In this document: piece after piece, positions 49,957 through 60,019 of the stretch
How positions within the stretch are numbered: position 1 is the stretch's first letter
How the letters are laid out: the number at the start of each line of letters is the position of its first letter
Assembly: GCA_033810155.1 (NCBI GenBank)
Contig: JAPXKJ010000003.1
Coordinates: 24,639 to 88,638, forward strand
Source: Bacillota bacterium
Lineage (GTDB): Bacteria; Bacillota; Sulfobacillia; Fermentithermobacillales; Fermentithermobacillaceae
Length of the DNA: 64,000 bases
Direction of reading: 5' to 3'
Notes under the pieces: generated by a model
The model's database searches: none
The model's input: only the letters and a program-made list of their open reading frames with translations
Told to the model about the DNA's origin: nothing
Position numbers and translations under genes: made by a program

Positions 49957-51051
49957 GTGGCGAAAGTTCTCCTTTCCGGGTATTACGGTTTTGGTAACAT
50001 AGGCGATGAAGCTATTCTGGCGTCTACTGTCAAAGCTTTGAGAAAGGCCAGGCCTGACCTGGATATCATGGTCCTTTCTCAACATCCTGAGGAGACTAGC
50101 ACGGCATATGGCGTAGAATCTTATCCTAGAATGTCCATGAATGAGGTAAGAAAGGCCGTACGAAAATCAGATCTAGTGATCTTCGGCGGTGGAAGTCTAC
50201 TACAAGACGCTACTTCTTTTAGATCTCTTTTGTACTACCTGTCGATAATACACCTATCAAGTTTTTACAATAAACCTGTGGTAGTGTACGCAAACGGGAT
50301 CGGGCCAATAAACTCTCGTCTGGGCAGGTTACTTACAAAACGGGCTATGGGGAAAGTGAAAGACATAACAGTAAGAGATAGTGACTCCAAGGAGGAACTA
50401 TTGAGGCTCGGCGTGACTAAGGATATAAAGGTAACGGCTGACCCAGCTTTTCTTTTAGAGCCTGCACCAGACGATCTAACAAAGAAAATCCTTGAATCTC
50501 ATGGAGTGAACGGACAACAAGACATCGTATGGATTGCCCTAAGAGACATAAATGCTCCGGCATGGTTTTACGATCAAATCACGACATTAGTATCTAAGAT
50601 GAAACAACATGGGCTATCGCCGTGCTTTCTTGCGATGCAAGAAAGAGATTTGGCCTTGACCACGAAATTGAACCAAGATATCACAGCCATGAAGATGGAT
50701 CCATTGCCGGTTATCTCAAATGTAACGCCCGTAGATGCTCTCGGCATCCTTGGAGCTGGCCAATTCTGCCTGGGGATGCGATTACACACTTTGATACTAT
50801 CATCTAGAGTGGGAGTCCCATTTGTTGGGATAGATATAGACCCTAAGATTAGCGCATTTTGCAACACAGCAGGTTGTCCAGTTCTCCCATACCCGGCAAA
50901 ACACCCTAACTTCGACATCGTAAAAGAGTTTTTTGCCTTAATCCGAGATGGCGATATGTACAGAAGAACGCTGAATGAAGAACTACCGGTGTTCTCCTCT
51001 CTTGCCGAAGAAAACATAAGCATCGTCTTACGTCATCTAGACCGCATATAG
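49957..51051 (+). CDS. csaB: polysaccharide pyruvyl transferase CsaB
   Basis: GTG start. LSGYYGFGNIGDEAIL N-terminus typical of CsaB. Confidence 0.7.
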   Translation: MAKVLLSGYYGFGNIGDEAILASTVKALRKARPDLDIMVLSQHPEETSTAYGVESYPRMSMNEVRKAVRKSDLVIFGGGSLLQDATSFRSLLYYLSIIHLSSFYNKPVVVYANGIGPINSRLGRLLTKRAMGKVKDITVRDSDSKEELLRLGVTKDIKVTADPAFLLEPAPDDLTKKILESHGVNGQQDIVWIALRDINAPAWFYDQITTLVSKMKQHGLSPCFLAMQERDLALTTKLNQDITAMKMDPLPVISNVTPVDALGILGAGQFCLGMRLHTLILSSRVGVPFVGIDIDPKISAFCNTAGCPVLPYPAKHPNFDIVKEFFALIRDGDMYRRTLNEELPVFSSLAEENISIVLRHLDRI

Positions 51052-51067
51052 AACTGCCCGTAACCAC

Positions 51068-51487
51068 CTATCTAATGTCAAACTTGCCTCGTACCATAAT
51101 AAACGCATTGGAAGTAACCTTTATCCCTCTGCCATCATCTCTTGGAACCAAAAGTAGGTGATTTCTTGGCACTTCGGCACCTTTTGCCAGGTCGGAGCCG
51201 GCAGTAACATCGCACAACCCACCAAGTTCAGAATCTATTACGGTAGCATCTCCTGATCTGAGAATGATCTCTGTCCCAGAATACCCGATAAGGCTCTGCC
51301 CAGAAGAAAGTTCAACTACATTCATCTTCATCATTGAATCCACATAGGACCTTGAGACTAACGGATCGTCCTCGCTCCCGGGTAAAACTGTGCTACCAGC
51401 GAAAACCAGCCCCCTACCAAACCACCCAACTGAAAACGCGACTAGCACTGCTAATACCACCAAACATATCAGGTATCTCCTTGGCAT
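51068..51487 (-). CDS. hypothetical secreted/membrane-anchored protein
   Basis: 139-aa ORF with an N-terminal hydrophobic helix. No recognisable family. Confidence 0.4.
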   Translation of the reverse strand: MPRRYLICLVVLAVLVAFSVGWFGRGLVFAGSTVLPGSEDDPLVSRSYVDSMMKMNVVELSSGQSLIGYSGTEIILRSGDATVIDSELGGLCDVTAGSDLAKGAEVPRNHLLLVPRDDGRGIKVTSNAFIMVRGKFDIR

Positions 51488-51520
51488 TTCAGAACCACCT
51501 TCCGTAGGTTTTGATATGTG

Positions 51521-52635
51521 TTATCCGTCTGCCGCCCGTTCGGCATCTTGCCGAAGTTTGGCATATATGAAGTCGTCTATATCGCCATCCATAACACGTT
51601 CCACGTTGGTTATCTCTAAGCCTGTGCGGTGGTCTTTAACCAGCGTGTATGGCTGAAAGATATATGACCTAATCTGACTTCCCCATGTAATCTCTTTTTG
51701 GGGACCCCTAAGGTTTTCAATCTCCTTTAGTTTTTCTTCCTCCTTGAGGGCCAGAAGTTTGGCTTTTAAAACCCGCATTGCCACGAGCTTATTCGAGTGC
51801 TGAGAACGCTCGTTTTGGCATGTAACGACAATGCCTGTAGGAATATGCGTGATCCTAACCGCAGAATCAGTCTTATTAACGTGCTGGCCACCTGCGCCAG
51901 AAGACCTATATGTGTCTATCTTGATCTCATCTGGGTTGATGTCTACTTCTTCTTCGGTTTCAATCTCAGGCAACACGTCCACAGATGCAAACGAGGTGTG
52001 CCTCCTCTGATTTGAATCGAAAGGAGAGATCCTTACCAGCCTGTGCACGCCCTTTTCCGGGCGCAAAAAACCATATGCGTGGTCGCCCCTAACAGAAAAA
52101 CTCACGCTTTTCAGTCCGGCTTCCTCACCAGGTAACATATCAAGAGTCTCCAGTTCAAATCCTCTACGCTCAACCCATCTAGAGTACATTCTGTAGAGCA
52201 TCTCAACCCAATCCATCGCCTCTGTACCCCCTGCACCCGCATGCAGGGTAACTATGGCGTCTCTCGAATCATACGGGCCAGAAAACAAGGTTTCAAACTC
52301 TAGGTCGTGGATCTTTCCAGACAGTTCCTCCGCCGTTTGCTTCAGATCTTCTAGAAGCGACATGTCGCCTTCTTCTTCGGCCAAAATAGCTATGGAAATA
52401 CTGTCTTCTACCTGGACCTTGAGATCGTTGAATGTGTTTAGTTTGTTTTCGATATGGCTTATTCGTCTGCCAATTGATTGCGCTCGCCTATGATCTTCCC
52501 ATACTGAAGGGTCTTGCATTTTGGCATTTAGATCCGCCAACTCCATGGATAACTTAACAGGGTCAAAGAGACCTCCCAATATTTGCTAGTCTTTCTTTCA
52601 AAGACTCCAATTCATTTATTACTTCTTCGTACATA
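51521..52635 (-). CDS. prfB: peptide chain release factor 2, expressed through a programmed +1 frameshift
   Basis: Frame 0 from ATG 52635 (GGAGGG 7 nt upstream) encodes MYEEVINELESLKERLANIGRSL and then UGA. The +1 frame continues DPVKLSMELADL... through the SPF and GGQ (SGAGGQHVNKT) motifs to 51521. Confidence 0.85.
52562..52577 (-). other. RF2 autoregulatory +1 frameshift site
   Basis: Internal SD GGGAGG (52577..52572), UCU spacer, slippery CUU UGA C (52568..52562). This is the canonical prfB shift cassette. Confidence 0.8.
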
Positions 52636-52706
52636 ATCATTCCCTCCGCTAATTACGATACCTGTGACCCATTTCCCAGACATGAATAATACGGCATTTT
52701 GCGCCG

Positions 52707-55466
52707 TTATCCAAGTTTTCCACAACAATTTTTATACTTCTTTCCGCTACCACACGGGCAGGGGTCATTTCGCCCTACTTTTTTCCCGAACTTAAGCGGT
52801 GCAGACCTTTGTTGTCCACCTTCAGGTGTATCTTGAGATTGAGGCCCGCTAAGTCTTATCACTCTCACCGGCCCCGAGGTTCCTTGACCATCTCTTTTGG
52901 ATCCGACGCCTCGTTCCTTAGATACAGTTACTCTGTAGAGATAGGAGACTGTATCTTTCTCTATATTTTGAACCATGTTCTGAAACAGTTCATAACCTTC
53001 TTTTTGATATTCAAGTAAAGGATCTCTCTGACCATACGCCCTCAGTCCTATTCCTTCGCGAAGACCCTCCATGGCACGCAGCTGGTCTATCCACTTTTGA
53101 TCAACTACTCTAAGAAGGATGAGTCGCTGCACCTCGTTGAAGTTCGGCCCAAGCATTTCTGCTTTCTCTTTGTATCCTTGATCGAAAACCTTCATGACAG
53201 CTTCTAATACAACTTCTCTGGAACTGGCAGAATCCAAAACTTTTCCGAAATCTATGGCAGGCATTAGCTCCTTGAGATAAGAAACAAGCCCGTCTATATC
53301 TGCCTCGTGGTTCCTTTCGCCCGGATTCCAAAATGCATCAAAGCCCGTTTCTACTGTCCTCGTAATCATACTCCGCAGAATATCACAAAGATCATCAAGT
53401 TCAAGTACCTGGCGTCTCTGAGCGTATATGACTTCACGCTGTTTGTTCAGAACATTGTCGTATTCGAGCACATTCTTCCTTATAGAAAAGTTGTGCGCCT
53501 CAATGCGTTTCTGGGCTGTTTCCACAGACTTGGTGATCAATGGGTGCTCTATAGGCTCGTCCTCTGAGAATCCTACCTTTTCCATAACGTTACTTATGAG
53601 GTCCCCTCCAAACAGCCGCATAAGCTCATCATCCAACGAAAGATAGAACCTCGACGAGCCCGGGTCTCCTTGTCTACCCGCTCTGCCTCTTAACTGGTTA
53701 TCTATACGCCGAGCTTCGTGGCGTTCTGTTCCAAGAACATGGAGTCCGCCCAAAGACACTACCTCGTCATGCTCTTCATCTGTCTGACTTTTGAACTGCT
53801 CAAAGAGTTCCTTGTATCTGCTTCTCGCCTCAAGAATCACATTAGTGCGCTCATCTTGTGTGCCCTCGTCTACCTTTGCAAGTATTGCTTGGGGCAGCAC
53901 CTTCTCCGAGGCGATAGATACCACTTCAGGATCATAGCCTTCTTTTCTAAGAGCCGAACGCGTCATGAAGTCAGGATTGCCACCCAGTAGGATGTCAGTT
54001 CCCCGCCCGGCCATGTTGGTTGCAATGGTCACCGCGCCTTTTCTTCCTGCCTGGGCCACTATTTCCGCTTCCCGTTCGTGATGCTTAGCGTTGAGGACTT
54101 CATGGTCGATCCCTCTTCTTTTGAGCATAGAAGATAGCATCTCTGATTTTTCCACCGAACGCGTGCCCACAAGAACGGGCCTGGCAATTTCATGCATGTG
54201 AGCAATTTCTTCAACAACAGCTTTGAACTTGGCGTCTGCTGTTTTCCAAATAGAATCGGGCATATTCGTCCTTACCAGAGCCTTATTCGGTGGAATAGAC
54301 ACAACATCCAAACCGTATATTTCTACAAACTCCGGTTCTTCAGTGGCAGCGGTTCCTGTCATGCCGGAAAGTTTGTCATACATCCTGAAGAAGTTTTGCA
54401 CTGTGATAGTAGCGAGCGTATCGCTTTCTTCTTTTATGTTTACTCCTTCTTTGGCTTCAATTGCCTGATGAAGCCCATCTGAAAATCTCCTACCTTCAAG
54501 AATGCGACCGGTAAACTCATCTACTATTAGAACCTCTCCGTTTTTCACCACGTAGTCAACATCTCGATGCATTAGCTCTTTTGCCCTTAGGGCCTGCTTA
54601 ACATAATGCTCCAACCCTATGTTGTTTTCATCGGAAAGATCCTCTATGCCCAACCATTCCTCTGTTTTTTTGATCCCTTCATCGGTCAATACGATCGTCT
54701 TAGCTTTCTCATCTATTGTGTAATGGTTATCTCTTTTTAGCGTGCGAGCCAGATCCCTAAATCTTATATACTTGTCTGTAGTGCCCTCTCCTCGGCCTGA
54801 AATTATGAGAGGGGTTCTTGCCTCATCTATCAGAATTGAATCAACCTCATCGATTACAGCGTAGTTTAGAGGGCTTTGAACGAGATCCTCCTTGCGCCAA
54901 GCCATGTTATCTCTAAGATAGTCAAAACCGAATTCCGTATTCGTACCATAGATGATAGGGCATGAATAAGAATCCTTCTTCTGAGCAACTTCCATTCCCG
55001 GGATTACAAGTCCTACATCTAAGCCCAAGAACCTGTAAATTTGACCCATCCACTCTCTATCTCGCTTTGCCAGATAGTCGTTGACCGTAACTACGTGGAC
55101 GGTAGCGCCTCCTAAGGCGTTCAGATAAGTCGGGAGAGTAGCTACGAGCGTTTTTCCTTCTCCCGTTTGCATCTCCGCAATACGTCCCTGATGAAGAACA
55201 ACACCGCCTATTATCTGAACGTCAAAGTGCCTCATATCGAGCACGCGTTTGGAAACTTCTCTGACGACGGCAAAAGCCTCGGGCAGTATTTTATCCAGCG
55301 GCTCACCTCTAGATATGCGTTCCCGGAACTCTCCGGTCTTACCTTGCAGGTTTCCGTCGGAAGCTCGCTCCAAAACCGGCTCAAATCTTCCTACCAAATC
55401 GACGATTGGACTTATTTTTCGCAGCTCCCGGTCATTGGCGTTAAACAAATTCTTTAGAATGGACAT
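52707..55466 (-). CDS. secA: preprotein translocase ATPase SecA
   Basis: DEAD-motor motifs and a C-terminal zinc-binding CPCGSGKKYKNCCG. Start assigned to ATG 55466 (AAGGAG 6 nt upstream, N-terminus MSILKNLF). Confidence 0.9.
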   Translation of the reverse strand: MSILKNLFNANDRELRKISPIVDLVGRFEPVLERASDGNLQGKTGEFRERISRGEPLDKILPEAFAVVREVSKRVLDMRHFDVQIIGGVVLHQGRIAEMQTGEGKTLVATLPTYLNALGGATVHVVTVNDYLAKRDREWMGQIYRFLGLDVGLVIPGMEVAQKKDSYSCPIIYGTNTEFGFDYLRDNMAWRKEDLVQSPLNYAVIDEVDSILIDEARTPLIISGRGEGTTDKYIRFRDLARTLKRDNHYTIDEKAKTIVLTDEGIKKTEEWLGIEDLSDENNIGLEHYVKQALRAKELMHRDVDYVVKNGEVLIVDEFTGRILEGRRFSDGLHQAIEAKEGVNIKEESDTLATITVQNFFRMYDKLSGMTGTAATEEPEFVEIYGLDVVSIPPNKALVRTNMPDSIWKTADAKFKAVVEEIAHMHEIARPVLVGTRSVEKSEMLSSMLKRRGIDHEVLNAKHHEREAEIVAQAGRKGAVTIATNMAGRGTDILLGGNPDFMTRSALRKEGYDPEVVSIASEKVLPQAILAKVDEGTQDERTNVILEARSRYKELFEQFKSQTDEEHDEVVSLGGLHVLGTERHEARRIDNQLRGRAGRQGDPGSSRFYLSLDDELMRLFGGDLISNVMEKVGFSEDEPIEHPLITKSVETAQKRIEAHNFSIRKNVLEYDNVLNKQREVIYAQRRQVLELDDLCDILRSMITRTVETGFDAFWNPGERNHEADIDGLVSYLKELMPAIDFGKVLDSASSREVVLEAVMKVFDQGYKEKAEMLGPNFNEVQRLILLRVVDQKWIDQLRAMEGLREGIGLRAYGQRDPLLEYQKEGYELFQNMVQNIEKDTVSYLYRVTVSKERGVGSKRDGQGTSGPVRVIRLSGPQSQDTPEGGQQRSAPLKFGKKVGRNDPCPCGSGKKYKNCCGKLG

Positions 55467-55516
55467 GCATATCTCCTTTTCTGCGTGCAAACTCACAAAC
55501 AATCAAACAGTTTTGC

Positions 55517-56101
55517 CTATATATCTCTGCCTTTAATTCTACCATTCTTCTGCCTCTGCGAAAAACTTGCATGCATTGCGTTCATTATGAACAAGAAGAT
55601 TCCCGCCGCCATGAATATGTCGCCTAGACTAAACGTGGTGGGCGCTTTGGAAAGAAACTTCCAAGAGAATATATCTGCAAGAAACGTAAGCGTTGTGTTA
55701 TCCCCTAACATGCAGTGAGTAAAACTGGAAGAGAGCACTGATATTTGGCTGCCCAAGACATCGGGGCCTAGCGGAGACAAATCAACAGGCATTCTGCCTC
55801 CATTGGCCATTATGACTAGGAAATTCAAAAATACTCCAAACGCAAGCACCCTAAACCCACGCAATCTTAGATTTGGATAAAGGCCGTAAAATAGCATAAG
55901 GTAAGTAACGAAACTTAAGACGAGGCAAATCTGCGGATACGGCTCAAATCTACCGCTTAGCAACTTGATCGATGCGATTTTCACCAAGAATGAACCCGCA
56001 ATCCACACCACTCTATCAAGGTCTACATCTGCAAGCCGAGAAATCTTGCCTCCCGAAACTAGCCCAACAACCAGGGAAACGACCATTACGGTTAGGAACA
56101 A
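55517..56101 (-). CDS. DUF5317-family integral membrane protein
   Basis: Six hydrophobic segments. Typical genomic partner of HD-GYP phosphodiesterases in Clostridia. Confidence 0.55.
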   Translation of the reverse strand: MFLTVMVVSLVVGLVSGGKISRLADVDLDRVVWIAGSFLVKIASIKLLSGRFEPYPQICLVLSFVTYLMLFYGLYPNLRLRGFRVLAFGVFLNFLVIMANGGRMPVDLSPLGPDVLGSQISVLSSSFTHCMLGDNTTLTFLADIFSWKFLSKAPTTFSLGDIFMAAGIFLFIMNAMHASFSQRQKNGRIKGRDI

Positions 56102-56105
56102 CGGA

Positions 56106-57371
56106 TCACTTCCTTAGAATCTTTTCATCTATTACTTTGAGCATAGCTTCTACCACTTGGGGATCAAACTGAGTTCCACTGCACCTTATGATCTCTTTTC
56201 TAGCCTCTTCATAGTCCATCCTTTCTTTGTACGGCCGATCTGTTGTCATAGCATCAAAAGCGTCTGCGCAGGCAATAATACGCGCTTCTAGAGGTATCTC
56301 TTCACCACGTAATCCTTTCGGGAAACCTGTACCATCCCATCTCTCATGGTGGTATCTCACCCACTCCGCACCCTTACTCAATGTCTTCATCGCCCCAATA
56401 ATATCTGCCCCTATATCAACATGCTTCTTCATTTCTTCATATTCTTCGTACGTAAAATAGTCTGTTTTCTTTAATATGTTGTCAGGTATTCCTACTTTGC
56501 CCACATCATGCAAAAGGGCAACGTGTTTCAGTAAGTCCACCTCTTCGTCGTCAAGTCCCATTTCTTTTCCTAGTAACCCAGAGTATTCGGACACCCTTAT
56601 GGAATGGCCCTGGGTATACGGATCTCTTGCATCTACAGCCGTACCCAAAGCCTCAGCCATTTCGCCATAGGTGTCTTTTAGATCCACATATTTCTGAAGG
56701 GACATCTTAGTCACGACTAAAGGCAGATAAAACAACAGAAGCACAAGGGGCCCAGCTTGTTTCGTTACAACAACCATAAGGGCGCCGAGAGGAAATAGAG
56801 CGAACATATTAGGCAACATCCACACTATGTTCTGGCGCCAAATGGTCAGGAAAGATAGTCCGGTTTGAAGGGACACAAATTCTCCGGTCATGACAGCATT
56901 GAGCATCGTGTAAGCTAGCGCCGCTAATACAAAAGCCAGAAGTCCTGAAGGAAATTCCAAGAATCCAAATTCGCCGCCCAGAAAAGCGTACACAATGGAG
57001 AACACATAGGCGCATATGCTTAGCATCCCCCTGTTGAATAGTACTAGTTTGAGAGGAACCTGCCCTACTAAGTCTCGTCTGCGAAGAGTAAACAACGCTG
57101 CCACCCACATACCTATGGCAGGACCGTGCAGAACGATAACCGTGAAAATGAGAGGGGCAGCGACGGAAGCGGTACCTTTCCCCTTTGGGAAAGGAATTGC
57201 CAGAGTCTCGCCAAAAGCTATGAGCGCTCCCAAAAAACATACTTCTAAAAAGTGAGCCCAACCCTCGAATGAAGGAATGTTCATACATAGCAACGCAATA
57301 CCAAGGCATATTATGCCCCATAAATACACATCAAAGGACTTGAGACTCTTATTCAACGGTAGACACCTCAT
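56106..57371 (-). CDS. membrane-anchored HD-GYP domain c-di-GMP phosphodiesterase
   Basis: N-terminal polytopic domain, then HVALLHDVGK and HHERWDGTGFPKG, i.e. HD and GYP motifs. Confidence 0.8.
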   Translation of the reverse strand: MRCLPLNKSLKSFDVYLWGIICLGIALLCMNIPSFEGWAHFLEVCFLGALIAFGETLAIPFPKGKGTASVAAPLIFTVIVLHGPAIGMWVAALFTLRRRDLVGQVPLKLVLFNRGMLSICAYVFSIVYAFLGGEFGFLEFPSGLLAFVLAALAYTMLNAVMTGEFVSLQTGLSFLTIWRQNIVWMLPNMFALFPLGALMVVVTKQAGPLVLLLFYLPLVVTKMSLQKYVDLKDTYGEMAEALGTAVDARDPYTQGHSIRVSEYSGLLGKEMGLDDEEVDLLKHVALLHDVGKVGIPDNILKKTDYFTYEEYEEMKKHVDIGADIIGAMKTLSKGAEWVRYHHERWDGTGFPKGLRGEEIPLEARIIACADAFDAMTTDRPYKERMDYEEARKEIIRCSGTQFDPQVVEAMLKVIDEKILRK

Positions 57372-57631
57372 GACCAGGCCGACAGCCCCGGCAGAAACTC
57401 TAACCTACTTGAAAGTTCGCCGCTCCAGCCAAAAGGAGCGTGAGGATGGCGAAAATCACCCTGAGAACCTTCTTATTCACCTAAAAACCCCCCGTCAACT
57501 GGCTGAATCTGAATCGCTAGATCAGATTCATTTAGCTCCGCTGATGAAAGTTGCCGGGCTGTCGGCATAGTAATTTGTTCAACGACTGTTTCGATTAGTC
57601 CTTCTATTAAGTAGTGCAAATCCGTCTGATC

Positions 57632-58273
57632 TCATGCATTCGCCATAAGCCTTGGAAACCGCCGATTAACCGCATCAAGAGTCGCCTTTACCACCGCTTC
57701 CCTTTCGTCATATGAAACAGGACAAGAACCCGTTAGGGTTAGTTCCCTGCCATCCTCAATAACACCAAGAACAACCAGAGCCGTTCGCAGAGATCTTGAC
57801 TCGTATACATTTACATCTCTAAGAGAAATATTAACACTTTCTTTCAAGAAATGACTAAGAGCGTTTACAGTAGCTTCTGCGCAAAACCAGTTCCATCTGG
57901 TCGCAGTGGCAATTCCTTCACTTTCTCCGAGAGAAACTACTCCACCCAAAGCAAGTCTTACTCTAGCAACAGCAGATGATCCGCTTGCCATGAGCTCTAT
58001 CCCGACCAGTTTCGGCCGAGCGACAAAAGCCAATTCTGTGTCGGTCATCTGAACGATCGAAATCTTACCTTTATCGATCTTTTCTCCGGATGCCGCCAAG
58101 ATGGCAGATTCTACATCGCGTATTACATATTTGGGCGAACGACCTGTTCGCGCCACGACATTAATTTCGTCGACATTGTTGTCCTCGCCAATGGAAACTC
58201 GACAATCCAACACGTCATTTATCTTCTTGATGATGTCCTCATAATCTTTGGCTGAATGATCCTTGATGCCCAT
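57632..58273 (-). CDS. hypothetical protein (213 aa)
   Basis: No family recognised. Co-directional with and 33 nt downstream of the 396-aa gene. Confidence 0.45.
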   Translation of the reverse strand: MGIKDHSAKDYEDIIKKINDVLDCRVSIGEDNNVDEINVVARTGRSPKYVIRDVESAILAASGEKIDKGKISIVQMTDTELAFVARPKLVGIELMASGSSAVARVRLALGGVVSLGESEGIATATRWNWFCAEATVNALSHFLKESVNISLRDVNVYESRSLRTALVVLGVIEDGRELTLTGSCPVSYDEREAVVKATLDAVNRRFPRLMANA

Positions 58274-58306
58274 TTTTATGCACTCCCAATTGGAAAAGCG
58301 CTTCGA

Positions 58307-59497
58307 TCACATATACGGGGCCATAATTGCAGTGTTATGACGATACCCTGAATCTTCTTTCTCCTTAGCAACCATCTCTGCCATAATCCACAGTCCCGCA
58401 GCCACCAGACTGTGCCCGCCAAGTATAACCGGGACAGGGCATTCAACCGCGCTCTTAGTAAAATCCCTTACCCACTCATCTTCAATCAATTGGTACTGGC
58501 CTAGATCTGAGTAGAACCTGTCCCAATCGGAAACTTGACCCTTAAGATGAGCAAAAATCACTCTTGTATCGATGAAGGCTAGATCGCAGACACGAGACAG
58601 ATACTCAAAAAACATCTTCGGGCCGACCTCATTTATCATAAAACCTAATAGAGATACAACTTCTCCTCTTTCTTCTCGACCCAATGCCTTCATACCTCTC
58701 TCCTCAGAAAACACACGCATTCTATGCACCATGTTGGAGTTTATATATTGTATGACCGCAGGCCCCACTCGTCCTATCACCGCTATCTCACGTGAATCTT
58801 GCCTAAGTATTCGTAAGGCATCATTTAGGTTCTGAGTAGGCCAATCGAGAGAACTTATGATCCTTGATGATCTCGGTCCACAGTTAGGATGCAGACCAAG
58901 TACCAGGATATCAGTTGGGGTATCTATATCGAAATTGACCCTACCCGAGTTAGGCACAAGAAGCCGCCGCATTCCAATGTCGCGAAGCAAATTGCCAAGG
59001 ACGTTGTCATTCTCAGGTAGTTCAACCTCATCGATTGCTCTTGCAGGAGTAAAGGCAACCAGGTCTGCGGACTGGACATTATTCATTATGACTGTATTTC
59101 GGCTCTGCTTGAGCGTAAGGGCAATCTGGTCAAACTCTTCCAAATACACAAGGGGGGCAGCTGTCCCCCCCATATACAACACGTTTTCTAATCGGTAATT
59201 GACGATTATCTCCCTTAATCTACGTCCAAAGTGGAACTTGCCATCATCTGGCTCCAAATCAACTATTGCGAACTCTGACGCTTCGCGCGCGAGGTCTTCG
59301 TAATTGGTTGCAAGTATGATTTCGTCAATTTCCGGTGCCAATGCCAGCTTAGACAGTGTATCTAGGGCAATCTCTTTCCGGATGTCTTTGATCTTTGCAT
59401 CTAGAGAAGTTTTCGGTTTACCACCTTCAAACATTACTGCGGTAACCTTAGGTTGTTCCAAGCTGGCTCCCCCGCTTAACATAGACAAGTTTCCCAA
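58307..59497 (-). CDS. hypothetical two-domain protein (396 aa)
   Basis: No motif I can assign. It starts 6 nt after the hpf stop, so it is probably co-transcribed. Confidence 0.45.
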   Translation of the reverse strand: MGNLSMLSGGASLEQPKVTAVMFEGGKPKTSLDAKIKDIRKEIALDTLSKLALAPEIDEIILATNYEDLAREASEFAIVDLEPDDGKFHFGRRLREIIVNYRLENVLYMGGTAAPLVYLEEFDQIALTLKQSRNTVIMNNVQSADLVAFTPARAIDEVELPENDNVLGNLLRDIGMRRLLVPNSGRVNFDIDTPTDILVLGLHPNCGPRSSRIISSLDWPTQNLNDALRILRQDSREIAVIGRVGPAVIQYINSNMVHRMRVFSEERGMKALGREERGEVVSLLGFMINEVGPKMFFEYLSRVCDLAFIDTRVIFAHLKGQVSDWDRFYSDLGQYQLIEDEWVRDFTKSAVECPVPVILGGHSLVAAGLWIMAEMVAKEKEDSGYRHNTAIMAPYM

Positions 59498-59503
59498 AAG
59501 CCC

Positions 59504-60019
59504 CTATATTTCCGGCTCAATGAGACCAAAGTTGCCGTCTTTTCTTCTGTAGATCACGTTAACCAAACCGGTTTCCCCGTTTGCAAAAACAAAGAAATCG
59601 TGACCCAAAAGCTCCATCTGCATCGCAGCTTCTTCAGGCATCATAGGTTTCATGGCAAATCTCTTGACTTTTACGATCCTTCCCGTTTCCGGTTCTTCCT
59701 CATGTTCTGACAACCGAGGTTCTTGCTTATCGCGCTTAAGAAGCCTCGTCTTATATTTGTCCAGCTGCCGCTCGAGTTTCTCAACAACCAGGTCTACTGA
59801 GGCAAACGCGTCCTGGGCCGACTCTTCTGCCCTCAAAATCATGCCGTTGAGAGGTAGCGTAACTTCAACCACGTACCTGCCCCGCTGAGTTGAAAACATC
59901 ACCTGGCACAAACAAGAATCCTGCTTTACATACTTATCCAATTTGGACAATTTCTTCTCTGCATATTCCCGAAGTGCGGGGCTTACATTCATGTTCTTAC
60001 CTCTTACGTTGATCTCCAT
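59504..60019 (-). CDS. hpf: ribosome hibernation promoting factor (long form)
   Basis: MEINVRGKNMNVSPALREYAEKKLSKL N-terminus and a C-terminal dimerisation domain. Confidence 0.85.
   Translation of the reverse strand: MEINVRGKNMNVSPALREYAEKKLSKLDKYVKQDSCLCQVMFSTQRGRYVVEVTLPLNGMILRAEESAQDAFASVDLVVEKLERQLDKYKTRLLKRDKQEPRLSEHEEEPETGRIVKVKRFAMKPMMPEEAAMQMELLGHDFFVFANGETGLVNVIYRRKDGNFGLIEPEI

Noticed and set aside
52636-52706. Terminator between secA and prfB
   Set aside because: Only a short ACGGC-GCAAAAT-GCCGT hairpin without a convincing U-tract. secA-prfB are probably co-transcribed, as in Bacillus.
57372-57631. Possible c-di-GMP riboswitch upstream of the HD-GYP gene
   Set aside because: I could not find the GEMM-I/II conserved elements (the GGCAAACC-like P1/P2 tetraloop-receptor pattern) on either strand. 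Kept only as an unexplained long leader.
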